Shown one piece after another: positions 43,142 to 51,633 of a stretch of DNA of 64,000 nt. The position numbers and the translations under genes are program-made. Source of the DNA: an uncultured Candidatus Saccharibacteria bacterium (GTDB lineage: Bacteria; Patescibacteriota; Saccharimonadia; Saccharimonadales; CAIOMD01); assembly GCA_963716565.1 (NCBI GenBank), contig OY970318.1, positions 580,284 to 644,283 of the forward strand, in the 5' to 3' direction. The number at the start of each line of letters is the position of its first letter. Positions within the stretch are counted from its first letter, which is position 1. The notes under the pieces are model-generated. The model was not told where the DNA came from, made no database searches, and was given only the letters and a program-made list of their open reading frames with translations.

Positions 43142-43372
43142 ATGAGTACGAAAGCATACAATATCACACTGCCCCAAAAACTAGTTACTAGGCTAGATAA
43201 AACCGCTAAAGACAACTACATGACTCGCAGCGACTTTATTCGTTACGCCGTCGTTAAAGAACTTAAATTTCAAGAAGAAGATGGCTGGAAAACTGTAGTC
43301 GACTTCACCAAAATCAACAAAAATGGAGTCTCCGCTAAAGATATATTGGCGGCTCTTGAATCTTTAAAATAA
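43142..43372 (+). CDS. ribbon-helix-helix (CopG/Arc-like) antitoxin, possibly leaderless
   Basis: MSTKAYNITLPQKLVTRLDKTAKDNYMTRSDFIRYAVVKEL. ATG 43142 lies 7 nt after the predicted -10, and the ORF-track ATG 43127 would sit inside the promoter spacer. Confidence 0.7.
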   Translation: MSTKAYNITLPQKLVTRLDKTAKDNYMTRSDFIRYAVVKELKFQEEDGWKTVVDFTKINKNGVSAKDILAALESLK

Positions 43373-43624
43373 ATGGCCGACAAAATACAAAAGGCTTTAG
43401 CAAAACTTAGTCCAAAAGAAAGATTAATTGTGGCAACAATGATCAAAAAGTTGCTTAGCGGTGATTTGATGGGAATGGATATTAGGCAGCTTGTTGGCAA
43501 CCCTGGGATATTCAGGCTTAAAAAGGGCAGAATAAGAGTTATATTTTCTAAAACCGAAGTTGGCGATTTAACCATAATAGGCATTTCTCGCCGCGACGAT
43601 AAAACCTACAGAGATTTTAATTAG
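43373..43624 (+). CDS. type II toxin, RelE/ParE superfamily
   Basis: 83 aa with the pattern GNPGIFRLKKGRIRVIFSKTEVGDLTIIGISRRDDKTY. It starts 1 nt after the antitoxin stop. Confidence 0.7.
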   Translation: MADKIQKALAKLSPKERLIVATMIKKLLSGDLMGMDIRQLVGNPGIFRLKKGRIRVIFSKTEVGDLTIIGISRRDDKTYRDFN

Positions 43625-43632
43625 TAATTATC

Positions 43633-43702
43633 GGGTCTGGGCACTTTGAGTTGGGGCATGGGGATCAGGCAATGGGAAATGGGGCTAGCGGGTCCGGGCC
43701 TC
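43633..43702. repeat. G-type heptad array, 10 in-phase units, G-quadruplex-capable
   Basis: Units are GGGTCTG GGCACTT TGAGTTG GGGCATG GGGATCA GGCAATG GGAAATG GGGCTAG CGGGTCC GGGCCTC. GGG aaat GGGG ctagc GGG tcc GGG (43674-43698) fits G3+N1-7 x4. The array begins 9 nt after the toxin stop. Confidence 0.65.
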
Positions 43703-43716
43703 TGCGAATATGTTGT

Positions 43717-43862
43717 TTTAAGACCGTCAAATAAACAATTACTGTCCGACAGCTTTGCTCAAGCTTATTCCTTGAAGAGACAACAAAAGCTTGAGCCGAA
43801 CCCTTAAGCGATTAGCTGAATGGGTCGTTCTGGAGGCATTGTTTTATTTGACAGGGTCTTAA
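43717..43862. repeat. 146-bp element closed by ~22-bp terminal inverted repeats (MITE-like element or structured RNA)
   Basis: ttaagacc (43717-43724)/ggtcttaa (43855-43862); gtcaaataaa (43725-43734)/tttatttgac (43843-43852); caat/attg. The internal 10-bp hairpin is gctcaagctt (43757-43766)/aagcttgagc (43787-43796). Confidence 0.55.
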
Positions 43863-44014
43863 GAATTTATGAACAGCGCCCGGTCGGTTTGACCAACTTT
43901 GCCGAAACAAAGTTGGGAGTCTCAGGGCTTATCCCCTTGTTTAAGAGGGGTAGTTGAATAGTTTTACAATAAAAAAGATACTTTTCAAGATCCTTAGAGT
44001 ATGCTTACGCTTAG

Positions 44015-44350
44015 ATGCAAAAACCAGAAAAGAAAATAAAAGAGTACCCAGTGTCATCGTCGGCGGCAGAGAGTATTGCCAGGGGTTTGTCTGTGATTGA
44101 TGGTTTTCCGGATTCCGAATGCCAATTCACCTTGGCCGAACCGCCTGAAGATTATGATTTTTGGCCACTTGCTATAGGTTGCGTTGTGAACGGTACCGGC
44201 GAAGCAAGAACCGCCCTCGTTGCTCTTAGCGAAGGGGTGGCTATTGTTAGAGAGCGTAGTCGTGCTAAAAAGGTGCTGTATCGTGCCATCGGAAAACCTT
44301 GCCTAGATACTACTGTCGACACTACTACTGCTACTGTTTATTATCTTTGA
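44015..44350 (+). CDS. hypothetical protein (111 aa)
   Basis: ORF with elevated G+C and no motif. Its coding status is uncertain. Confidence 0.35.
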   Translation: MQKPEKKIKEYPVSSSAAESIARGLSVIDGFPDSECQFTLAEPPEDYDFWPLAIGCVVNGTGEARTALVALSEGVAIVRERSRAKKVLYRAIGKPCLDTTVDTTTATVYYL

Positions 44351-44375
44351 TTTAAGCTGCCCAAAATAGTAATAA

Positions 44376-44882
44376 CTATTTCTTCTTGGGCCTACGTTTT
44401 TTGTTTACAGGTTTCTTTGTGCTTGTCGAGGCTTTTTTAGGTTTTAAAGCTATCTTTTTAGCAATAACTTCTTTAACCTTTGGTAGTTCTTGGGCTACGA
44501 TTTGCTTCACCGATTTACGGGCATTAAGCGTCAAAATAAGTAGCGCGATTGCGGCTACAAATAATATAACTGCCAATACGGCAGGCCACTTCCAGTTAGA
44601 GGATTTCGTAGAGGCAACGGGCGTAGTGGTAGCGGGTGGTGCTATAACTTTTAATTCACCGGTAGCCGGCTGCTGCAAAACGCTCGCTGCGGCTGAACTG
44701 GTTGAGCTACTACTGCCTTGAGTTAGCGTGCCGCTAGTAGGGTTTTGGTAAAAAGAACTACTTGGTCTTTGGCCCATTAAGTCGTTTATATCCGCCGCGC
44801 CATTAGCACTAGCCGCTAAGACCGGAGCGCCATACAAAACAAGCGTAAGTATCGTCAAAAAAACGCTAATAACTTTTTTCAC
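44376..44882 (-). CDS. secreted/anchored Ser/Thr-rich protein with TM helix and Lys-rich C-terminal tail
   Basis: A GTG start gives MKKVISVFLTILTLVLYGAPVLA, a signal-like N-terminus. It has a low-complexity S/T region, the helix WPAVLAVILFVAAIALLILTL and a KKPVNKKRRPKKK tail. The ORF-track TTG at 44918 is an alternative start. Confidence 0.5.
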   Translation of the reverse strand: MKKVISVFLTILTLVLYGAPVLAASANGAADINDLMGQRPSSSFYQNPTSGTLTQGSSSSTSSAAASVLQQPATGELKVIAPPATTTPVASTKSSNWKWPAVLAVILFVAAIALLILTLNARKSVKQIVAQELPKVKEVIAKKIALKPKKASTSTKKPVNKKRRPKKK

Positions 44883-44929
44883 TCTCTGTATTATGAGCCA
44901 AAAGTGCCTTTGTTCCAAACTCTAACATC

Positions 44930-44971
44930 CAGCATCTATCATCCATCGTCTAGCTTCTATTGCTTAAGCGT
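44930..44971. repeat. TCTA-type heptad array, 6 units (CTCTAAC ATCCAGC ATCTATC ATCCATC GTCTAGC TTCTATT)
   Basis: Strict 7-nt period in a divergent spacer. Confidence 0.8.
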
Positions 44972-45010
44972 TAGCTTTTTGCCACACTATAGGTAACTAA
45001 AGGGGGCAGA

Positions 45011-45487
45011 ATGAAAAAAAGATTAGAACAGAGCGGTTTCCACATCTGGATAGTAGCACTCATCGTGGTCGTCGTAGCCGCTGTCGGTTTTGCCGGCTGG
45101 TATGTGTGGGATAAGAACAAGGCCGATGATAACACCAACGTCACAAACCCAACACCGACGCCAAGCGTTACGGTTACCGCAACGCCTACTCCAACTGTCG
45201 TTGCCGAAACCAAAAACGAGCTAGATACTCTGCGTGAATTCTGCCAAGGTGATGACCCTGACACCGTAGTTGGCGGCATCAAATATATAGAAACCAACGA
45301 TGGTAAATTTGGCTCTTGTGGCATTGGCAGCAGAACGTCCGAGGGCGGAGCCATGCTAATTAGCGCCTATGTGAATGAATCGTGGGTACGGGTATGGGCT
45401 GGCAACGGTATTATGGATAATAGCTTGTGTGCCCAATACAAGCTTCCTTCTACAATCTACGCCGACTGCATTGGCTTCTACGAATAA
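45011..45487 (+). CDS. anchored protein with conserved GFH...GFAGWYVWDKN N-terminal helix and TPTP linker
   Basis: MKKRLEQSGFHIWIVALIVVVVAAVGFAGWYVWDKN, a PTPTPSVTVTATPTPT linker and a small Cys-containing domain. Its N-terminus is paralogous to that of the 57074 gene. Confidence 0.6.
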   Translation: MKKRLEQSGFHIWIVALIVVVVAAVGFAGWYVWDKNKADDNTNVTNPTPTPSVTVTATPTPTVVAETKNELDTLREFCQGDDPDTVVGGIKYIETNDGKFGSCGIGSRTSEGGAMLISAYVNESWVRVWAGNGIMDNSLCAQYKLPSTIYADCIGFYE

Positions 45488-45488
45488 G

Positions 45489-46001
45489 TTATTTAAGTCT
45501 ATATTTTGGCCGACCGTAATCGTCTTGTAGACGGACAATGTCTGTTTCATCAGATAAGTCATTCGGGTCTAAGTGTTGCCAAACTTCGGCCACGATCCCC
45601 CAATCATCTAAACCATATAAACGATGCCTTTGGCCAACTTCGAATTGCACTATGTCGCCGATCGGCAAAATAATATGTTCTTCTGGCTGTTCATCGGTAT
45701 CGCTAACTTTTATTGCCATGGGGCCTTCAATAATTCGCCAAATCTCTTTACGTTTATTGTGGTACTGCCAAGAGAAACAACTACCGGGCATTAATACTAA
45801 GAATTTAGGACTGATATTCTCGAGCGTTGAGAAGGTGTGTTTGATATCACTAAAATAATAATCAATAAATTTTTCGGCGTCGGATAAATCAAAGCGGTAA
45901 GATAAACCATAGGGTCTATCAAGCTCTGTCTCAATAATCTTTAAGCCTAGTTTTTCGACTAGCCTATCAGTATGCCTTATCAATTCTTTTCTGTCTCTCA
46001 T
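45489..46001 (-). CDS. cupin-domain protein (mannose-6-phosphate-isomerase type II C-terminal-like)
   Basis: WQYHNKRKEIWRIIEGPMAIKV and VGQRHRLYG cupin motifs. Confidence 0.65.
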   Translation of the reverse strand: MRDRKELIRHTDRLVEKLGLKIIETELDRPYGLSYRFDLSDAEKFIDYYFSDIKHTFSTLENISPKFLVLMPGSCFSWQYHNKRKEIWRIIEGPMAIKVSDTDEQPEEHIILPIGDIVQFEVGQRHRLYGLDDWGIVAEVWQHLDPNDLSDETDIVRLQDDYGRPKYRLK

Positions 46002-46002
46002 A

Positions 46003-46037
46003 ATCCATCATCTAGCCTCTATCGTCCATTGTCTAAC
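46003..46037. repeat. TCTA-type heptad array, 5 units (ATCCATC ATCTAGC CTCTATC GTCCATT GTCTAAC)
   Basis: It fills the entire spacer between the stop at 46033-46035 (the CTA of the last unit) and the start codon at 45999-46001. Confidence 0.8.
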
Positions 46038-47130
46038 CTTTTAGGGCGGCTTCGTAGACCATCAGGGTCTCTTTGGCGGTTTTTTCCCAGCTATATTTGG
46101 CGGCTTGTTTGCGGCCAGCTAGGATTAGCTTGTTGCGTAGTTCTTTGTTGTCGAGTACTTCGCCAATGCATCTGGCCATGTCATTAACGTCTAGCGGGTC
46201 AAAATACCAGGCAGCATTGCCATAGATTTCTGGCAGGCTGGTAAGGGTGCTGCAAACCACCGGTGCGCGATGTAACATAGCTTCTAAGCCCGGCAAGCCG
46301 AAGCCTTCACTTAATGAAGGGAATATATAAGCCCTGCAACGGCGAAATAGCCACTTCTTTTGGGCATCGGTTATATAGCCGGTAATTATTACCGAATCGG
46401 CTACGCCAAGCCGCTGAGCCTCCTTAAAATAGCTGTCGTAAACAGAATCTTTGCGACCAGCTAAGACTAAAAGCAAATTGGGATGAGTCTTTTTTACTTC
46501 AGCAAAGGCCTCAATTAGGCGCTTTAGGTTTTTATGTGGTTGAGGTCGCCCAACGTAAAAAATAAATTCTTTGTCTCGCAGATTCTTTACTGCTTCTGCT
46601 GGCTCTAATATTTCATGGGCGGCCTCGTAGGTAACGATAACTTTTGTTGGTTTAACACCGGCAAAGTCAACCAGATCTTTCTTACTATATTCCGAAACAG
46701 CAATCACAAACTCGCTCTTCTTAGCTGCACGCTTAATAACAAATTTATAAACTTGTTGCTTAAACCAAATAATGCCTGCGTTTTTGGCTGGATTCTTAAA
46801 TCGAATCCCCGTTAGATCGTGAATTGTTGTAACGCATTTGCCCCTGTAAAGAATAGGTTGTTGAGCCATGCAAAAGTGTACTAGGTCTGGCTTTAAATCT
46901 TTTAGCTGTTTCTTAAAACCAAGCTGCTCGTCAAAAGTGAATTTGTTATGAGGGCAAGCTACTCTTACAAAGTTGCTATTAGTCGGTTCCCACTTAGCCA
47001 TGTCGGCTGGCTGCAATAAAACTAAATATTGGTTAACTTTGTCGATTTTTTGCAGACAGCTTAACAAGCATTCAATATAACGGCCCGTGCCGCTATCAAT
47101 TTCCCGCGCATCAATTGCTATTTTGGCCAT
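46033..47130 (-). CDS. glycosyltransferase family 4 (GT-B)
   Basis: C-terminal motif FPSLSEGFGLPGLEAM and Rossmann-like halves. Confidence 0.85.
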   Translation of the reverse strand: MAKIAIDAREIDSGTGRYIECLLSCLQKIDKVNQYLVLLQPADMAKWEPTNSNFVRVACPHNKFTFDEQLGFKKQLKDLKPDLVHFCMAQQPILYRGKCVTTIHDLTGIRFKNPAKNAGIIWFKQQVYKFVIKRAAKKSEFVIAVSEYSKKDLVDFAGVKPTKVIVTYEAAHEILEPAEAVKNLRDKEFIFYVGRPQPHKNLKRLIEAFAEVKKTHPNLLLVLAGRKDSVYDSYFKEAQRLGVADSVIITGYITDAQKKWLFRRCRAYIFPSLSEGFGLPGLEAMLHRAPVVCSTLTSLPEIYGNAAWYFDPLDVNDMARCIGEVLDNKELRNKLILAGRKQAAKYSWEKTAKETLMVYEAALKG

Positions 47131-47139
47131 AGTTATATT

Positions 47140-48114
47140 TTACTCGTTAAATTTATTAGGTTTACCGTGCCACAATATTTTATCTAATTCACGAGCTGTT
47201 ATTTTTTTAGATTGCTGAATAATTTTTCTTTGCCTTAAAGCATAGGGCAATAATTTAAAGAAGCAAAAGAAGCCTTTTACATAAGCCCAAAACCCGCCCC
47301 TAATAATGCTGGCGGCCATCATCCGTAAGTATCTGTATATGGCGTTTGGCAAGTACTTAACCATTAATCTTGTTGGCATATTTTTTACAAATACCAGCCA
47401 AAAGTTTCTAGAAGCATGGAATCGCGCAAAATAGCCTAACTTTGAGCTAGTACCTGTGCCGTGATGGAATGCTATGGCTTTTGGGGAATATTCAGCTTTC
47501 CAGCCCATAAGTCTTGCTCTAAAACTAATATCTACATCTTCTAAGTAGGCGAAAAACTTCTCGTCAAATAAGCCAACGTTATCAAATAGCTCGGCCCTGT
47601 ATAGGCTAGCTCCGGCACATACCCCAAAAACATCGGTATGTTTATCGTACTGGCCAGACTGTACTTCGTTGCGGCCCCTTGGGCAGGCCATCCCCGATTG
47701 GCAATAAATATCCCCAGTGCTATCAATGTGAATTTTATCTATCTGCATCAAGTTGCTGGCTGCCATTCCAAGTTTGTCGTCGCTATTTATTGTTGCTAGC
47801 AGTTCTTCTATCCAGTTCTTATCGGCCACCGCATCGTTATTAAACAAGGCTATATATTTAGCCTTGTTTTTTAAGGCGTATCTAATGCCCACATTAACAC
47901 CACCGGCAAAGCCTAGGTTTTTGGTTTGTTTTAAAACCGTAATTTCATCTTTATAAGCGGCCAATATTTTGTCTGAATCATCGGTAGAGGCGTTGTCTAC
48001 GATCACAATATTACATTTAACCGACTGTGCCAGCAGCGAATCAATACACTCTTTTATGTAGTGTGCACCATTCCAGTTGGGTATAACAACAAAGGTCTCT
48101 AAAGGCTTATTCAT
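47140..48114 (-). CDS. glycosyltransferase family 2
   Basis: VVIPNWNG...IVDNASTDDS...GFAGGVN...FNNDA and YLEDVD motifs. Confidence 0.85.
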   Translation of the reverse strand: MNKPLETFVVIPNWNGAHYIKECIDSLLAQSVKCNIVIVDNASTDDSDKILAAYKDEITVLKQTKNLGFAGGVNVGIRYALKNKAKYIALFNNDAVADKNWIEELLATINSDDKLGMAASNLMQIDKIHIDSTGDIYCQSGMACPRGRNEVQSGQYDKHTDVFGVCAGASLYRAELFDNVGLFDEKFFAYLEDVDISFRARLMGWKAEYSPKAIAFHHGTGTSSKLGYFARFHASRNFWLVFVKNMPTRLMVKYLPNAIYRYLRMMAASIIRGGFWAYVKGFFCFFKLLPYALRQRKIIQQSKKITARELDKILWHGKPNKFNE

Positions 48115-49082
48115 TGCGGCTTCCTAATATTTTTTGGCGGGATGCCATGAAACAGTAACGTATCTATATCTTTTACAGAGCTCTTTCTGCTTTTTTGGAT
48201 TAGCCGTCTTTTGGCAAAGGTTTTAGGAATGTGCATAATGCAAACGCCAAAGCCTTTTACAAAGGGCACAAAGTTACCAGTACGGGTATGTTTAATAAAC
48301 ATTAATAAATACCAAAAACTTGCTAGTGGTAAATATTTGTAGAATAGAAACCCGGGCATATTCTTGGTGTACAAATACCAGAAGTTTTTAGACCTATGGT
48401 AGGTGGTAAAGCCTTTTATTTTGCTACTTGTAGACCCAACGCGGTGATGAACAACGGATTTTGGGGCTGTAATAACTTGGTAGTCGGCTAAATGGGCCCT
48501 AAAGTTTACATCGTCTTCTTCGTAGTAGGCAAAAAAGTCTTCGTCGAAAAGGCCTATTTTATTAAATAATTCGGCCTTATACATGCTGGCACAGCCAGAG
48601 CCACCAAATACTAATTCTTCTTGGTCATATTGCCCGTTGTCTTTTTCGTTTCTACCCCTAGAAAACGGAGCGCCGAAGATTGAGTAACAGGTACCAACCG
48701 CGTCAAATAAGTTTTTGTTGAGCTGCAATATTTTAGAGGTGGCAATTGCGCAGTTTTGATTAGTTACAAGGGTATCAATCAAAGATTTTGCCCAATCTTT
48801 TTCGGCCACTGCATCGTTATTGAACACGGCTATGTAGTCGGCCTTATCTTCTAGGGCGTGTTTAATGCCCACATTAACACCGCCGGCAAAACCCAGGTTT
48901 CTGGTTTGTGGCAAGACTGTGACCTTTTGCCCATAAGCTTCAAGAAGTTGTATTGAGTTATCGGTTGAAGCGTTATCTACCACTATAATTTTACATTTAA
49001 CAGATTGCGTTAGTAGGCTATCGATGCAATCACCTAAGTATTTAGCGCCGTTTAAATTTGGTATAACAACAGATACATTCAT
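48111..49082 (-). CDS. glycosyltransferase family 2 (paralog of 47140-48114)
   Basis: VVIPNLNG...VVDNASTDNS...GFAGGVN...FNNDA and YEEDDV motifs. ATG 49082 is preferred because the ORF-track TTG 49124 would overlap the divergent gene start at 49107. Confidence 0.8.
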   Translation of the reverse strand: MNVSVVIPNLNGAKYLGDCIDSLLTQSVKCKIIVVDNASTDNSIQLLEAYGQKVTVLPQTRNLGFAGGVNVGIKHALEDKADYIAVFNNDAVAEKDWAKSLIDTLVTNQNCAIATSKILQLNKNLFDAVGTCYSIFGAPFSRGRNEKDNGQYDQEELVFGGSGCASMYKAELFNKIGLFDEDFFAYYEEDDVNFRAHLADYQVITAPKSVVHHRVGSTSSKIKGFTTYHRSKNFWYLYTKNMPGFLFYKYLPLASFWYLLMFIKHTRTGNFVPFVKGFGVCIMHIPKTFAKRRLIQKSRKSSVKDIDTLLFHGIPPKNIRKPQ

Positions 49083-49106
49083 GCTAGAATTAAGTGTACT
49101 AGATTT

Positions 49107-49898
49107 ATGAGATTTCTTAATCAAAAAAACCGTTCAATATTACGCGAAATGGTGGTATCGGACTTTAAGGTTCGCTACCAGGGTTCTGTTTTGGGTTATT
49201 TATGGTCGCTACTCAGGCCACTTTTTTTGTTCCTGATTCTGTATATTGTATTCACAAAATTCTTAAGAATCGGCGCCGGCATACCACATTACCCAGTTTA
49301 TTTGTTGCTTGGTATAGTGCTTTGGAATTTCTTTCATGAGGCAACCACTATTGCTGCAACATCAGTTGTTGCAAGGGGTGATTTAATCAGAAAAATTAGC
49401 ATCCCGCGCTATCTAGTAGTAGTTAGTAGTTCGATCTCATCACTTATTAATCTAGCTATTAACCTGTTAGTGGTATTGGCCTTTACGTTCATAAGTGGTG
49501 TTGATCCAATGAAAAGTTGGCTACTTATACCATTGTTGGTTCTTGAGCTATTTGCACTATCCTTGAGCGTAGGTTTCATATTGGCAGCTCTGTTTGTGAA
49601 ATATCGCGATATTGCTTTCGTATGGGAAGTAATTATGCAGGCCGGCTTTTATGCAACGCCAATTTTATATCCATTGACCATGTTGGCAGTTAAGTATCAG
49701 CAAGTATTAATGCTTAACCCCATGGCACAAATTATTCAAGATGCACGTTGGGCTTTAGTGTCTCACCAAACTACTACTGGCTGGGGCATTATAAGGCCAG
49801 TCTTTGCAGTTATCCCAATCATTATTTTGGCGGCCTTCGTTATTATTGCGATACCTTATTTTAAAAAACAATCCAAGTTCTTTGCGGAGAATATTTAA
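49107..49898 (+). CDS. ABC-2 type polysaccharide/teichoic-acid export permease (Wzm/TagG-like)
   Basis: Six TM helices, N-terminal DFKVRYQGSVLGYLWSLLRP motif, upstream of the ATPase. Confidence 0.85.
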   Translation: MRFLNQKNRSILREMVVSDFKVRYQGSVLGYLWSLLRPLFLFLILYIVFTKFLRIGAGIPHYPVYLLLGIVLWNFFHEATTIAATSVVARGDLIRKISIPRYLVVVSSSISSLINLAINLLVVLAFTFISGVDPMKSWLLIPLLVLELFALSLSVGFILAALFVKYRDIAFVWEVIMQAGFYATPILYPLTMLAVKYQQVLMLNPMAQIIQDARWALVSHQTTTGWGIIRPVFAVIPIIILAAFVIIAIPYFKKQSKFFAENI

Positions 49899-49900
49899 AG

Positions 49901-51079
49901 ATGTCTAGCAATCCAGCAGAACCAGCCATAGTTGTGAAGAATCTGACCAAGGAATTTGTAATTCCGCACAAGAGGCACGGGAGCTTAAAGTCCTTATTTG
50001 TTGATCTTGGCCGCAAAGGCAAAGCAGACAAGCGAAAAGTTTTAAACGATATCAGTTTTGCGATTGATAAAGGCGAATTCTTTGGGATAGTTGGCCGTAA
50101 TGGCAGCGGCAAAAGCACGCTTTTAAAACTATTGGCTGGAGTATACACCCCCACAAGGGGCGAGATTGGAGTCAACGGTTCCTTAACCCCGTTTATAGAA
50201 TTAGGTGTTGGGTTTAATCCAGAACTTACTGGTCGTGAGAATATTTATTTGAACGGTGCTCTTTTGGGGTTCACTCACAAGCAGATGGAAGGGATGTATA
50301 ATAGCATTGTCGACTTTGCAGAGCTTCATGAATTCATGGACCAGAAACTTAAGAATTATTCCTCTGGCATGCAAGTACGCTTGGCTTTTTCAATTGCTAT
50401 TCGGGCACAATCAGACATACTTTTACTTGACGAGGTTTTAGCAGTTGGAGACCAAGCATTTCAACAGAAATGCTATAGCTACTTCTCTAATTTAAAGAAA
50501 GATAAAAAAACAGTAGTTTTGGTTACCCACGACATGGGTGCGGTAAAACAATTTTGTGACAGAGCTCTTATTCTCGAAGATGGTAGGGTAAGGATGATGG
50601 GGGCGCCCCACAAGGTATCTCTTGAATATGAGAAATTAAATTTTGCCTCCTCGAACAAAGTGGATCAGAAAAAACCCGCATCATTCATAACAATAAAAAC
50701 GCTAGACACAAGTTATAAATCTACAACTCAGTACAAATATGGGCAAGACATTATATTATCAGCGAGATGGCCCAAGGAATTGGCCGTTGGTATCGTTGGG
50801 TTTATGTTAATTAAAAATGGTGAGTGCGTATTTGCTTCTAATACTATCGGCAGAAACGTTAATCTTGGTACTGGGGTTGCACGACTAAAACTAAAACCCG
50901 CGATAGGAGACGGTAGGTATAAAATAACAGTCGGGCTTTTCGGGAAGAATAGGCACGACATCTTAGAGTTCGTGGAGGGCCCAGAGATAGTAATCTATGA
51001 CCAACCAGAATGCAGTGGGTTCGGTGATGAATGGAAGGGCATAGTATATATAGAAAATGAATGGGAAACAGATGGGTAG
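49901..51079 (+). CDS. ABC transporter ATP-binding protein (Wzt/TagH-like) with C-terminal beta-sandwich extension
   Basis: Walker A GRNGSGKST, signature YSSGMQVRL, Walker B ILLLDEVLAVGD, plus a ~140-aa extra C-terminal domain. Confidence 0.9.
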   Translation: MSSNPAEPAIVVKNLTKEFVIPHKRHGSLKSLFVDLGRKGKADKRKVLNDISFAIDKGEFFGIVGRNGSGKSTLLKLLAGVYTPTRGEIGVNGSLTPFIELGVGFNPELTGRENIYLNGALLGFTHKQMEGMYNSIVDFAELHEFMDQKLKNYSSGMQVRLAFSIAIRAQSDILLLDEVLAVGDQAFQQKCYSYFSNLKKDKKTVVLVTHDMGAVKQFCDRALILEDGRVRMMGAPHKVSLEYEKLNFASSNKVDQKKPASFITIKTLDTSYKSTTQYKYGQDIILSARWPKELAVGIVGFMLIKNGECVFASNTIGRNVNLGTGVARLKLKPAIGDGRYKITVGLFGKNRHDILEFVEGPEIVIYDQPECSGFGDEWKGIVYIENEWETDG

Positions 51080-51629
51080 TATATATACAAGCGACTATCT
51101 AAATAATCCTGCTTATGAAATTGGAAAACATACTTACGGAAAGCCAAAGGTGTATGACTTTGGAGACGGCGGAAGGTTGATAATTGGCAAATATACCTCT
51201 ATAGCCGATGAAACAACCATTTTATTAGGAGGAAATCACAGGATGGACTGGGTGTCGACATATCCATTTCCTGCGCTAACAGATAAATGGCCAAGCGCCG
51301 TGGGTATAGTGGGCCACCCCCAGAGTAAGGGTGATGTAATTATTGGAAATGATGTCTGGATCGGAAATGGCGCAACAATCCTTTCCGGAGTAACCATAGG
51401 CGATGGTGCTGTTATTGGGGCTCGGGCGCTTGTCGTTAAGGATGTGCCACCCTACGCCATTGTTAGGGGTAACCCAGCAAAAATAATCAGGTATCGATTT
51501 CCCAAAAGAACAATAAAGAAGCTGCTTAAGTCAGCTTGGTGGTGCTGGTCTGATAAAGAGGTATCTGAAAATGTCAAATTGCTATGCTCCAATGACATTA
51601 ACTCTATAATTAAACGGGAAAAGCGCTAA
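51057..51629 (+). CDS. hexapeptide-repeat acetyltransferase (xenobiotic/CatB-Vat-like)
   Basis: GGNHRMDWVSTYPF motif and left-handed beta-helix repeats IGNDVWIGNGATILSGVTIGDGAVIGA. The start is ambiguous (51057 or 51072). Confidence 0.8.
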   Translation: MNGKQMGSIYTSDYLNNPAYEIGKHTYGKPKVYDFGDGGRLIIGKYTSIADETTILLGGNHRMDWVSTYPFPALTDKWPSAVGIVGHPQSKGDVIIGNDVWIGNGATILSGVTIGDGAVIGARALVVKDVPPYAIVRGNPAKIIRYRFPKRTIKKLLKSAWWCWSDKEVSENVKLLCSNDINSIIKREKR

Positions 51630-51633
51630 GATT

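Noticed and set aside
43676-44014. tmRNA, suggested by GGGGCT...TGCGAA near 43681
   Set aside because: There is no tRNA-like 3' end (no GGTTCGA...CCACCA) within 300-400 nt, and no recognisable tag reading frame.
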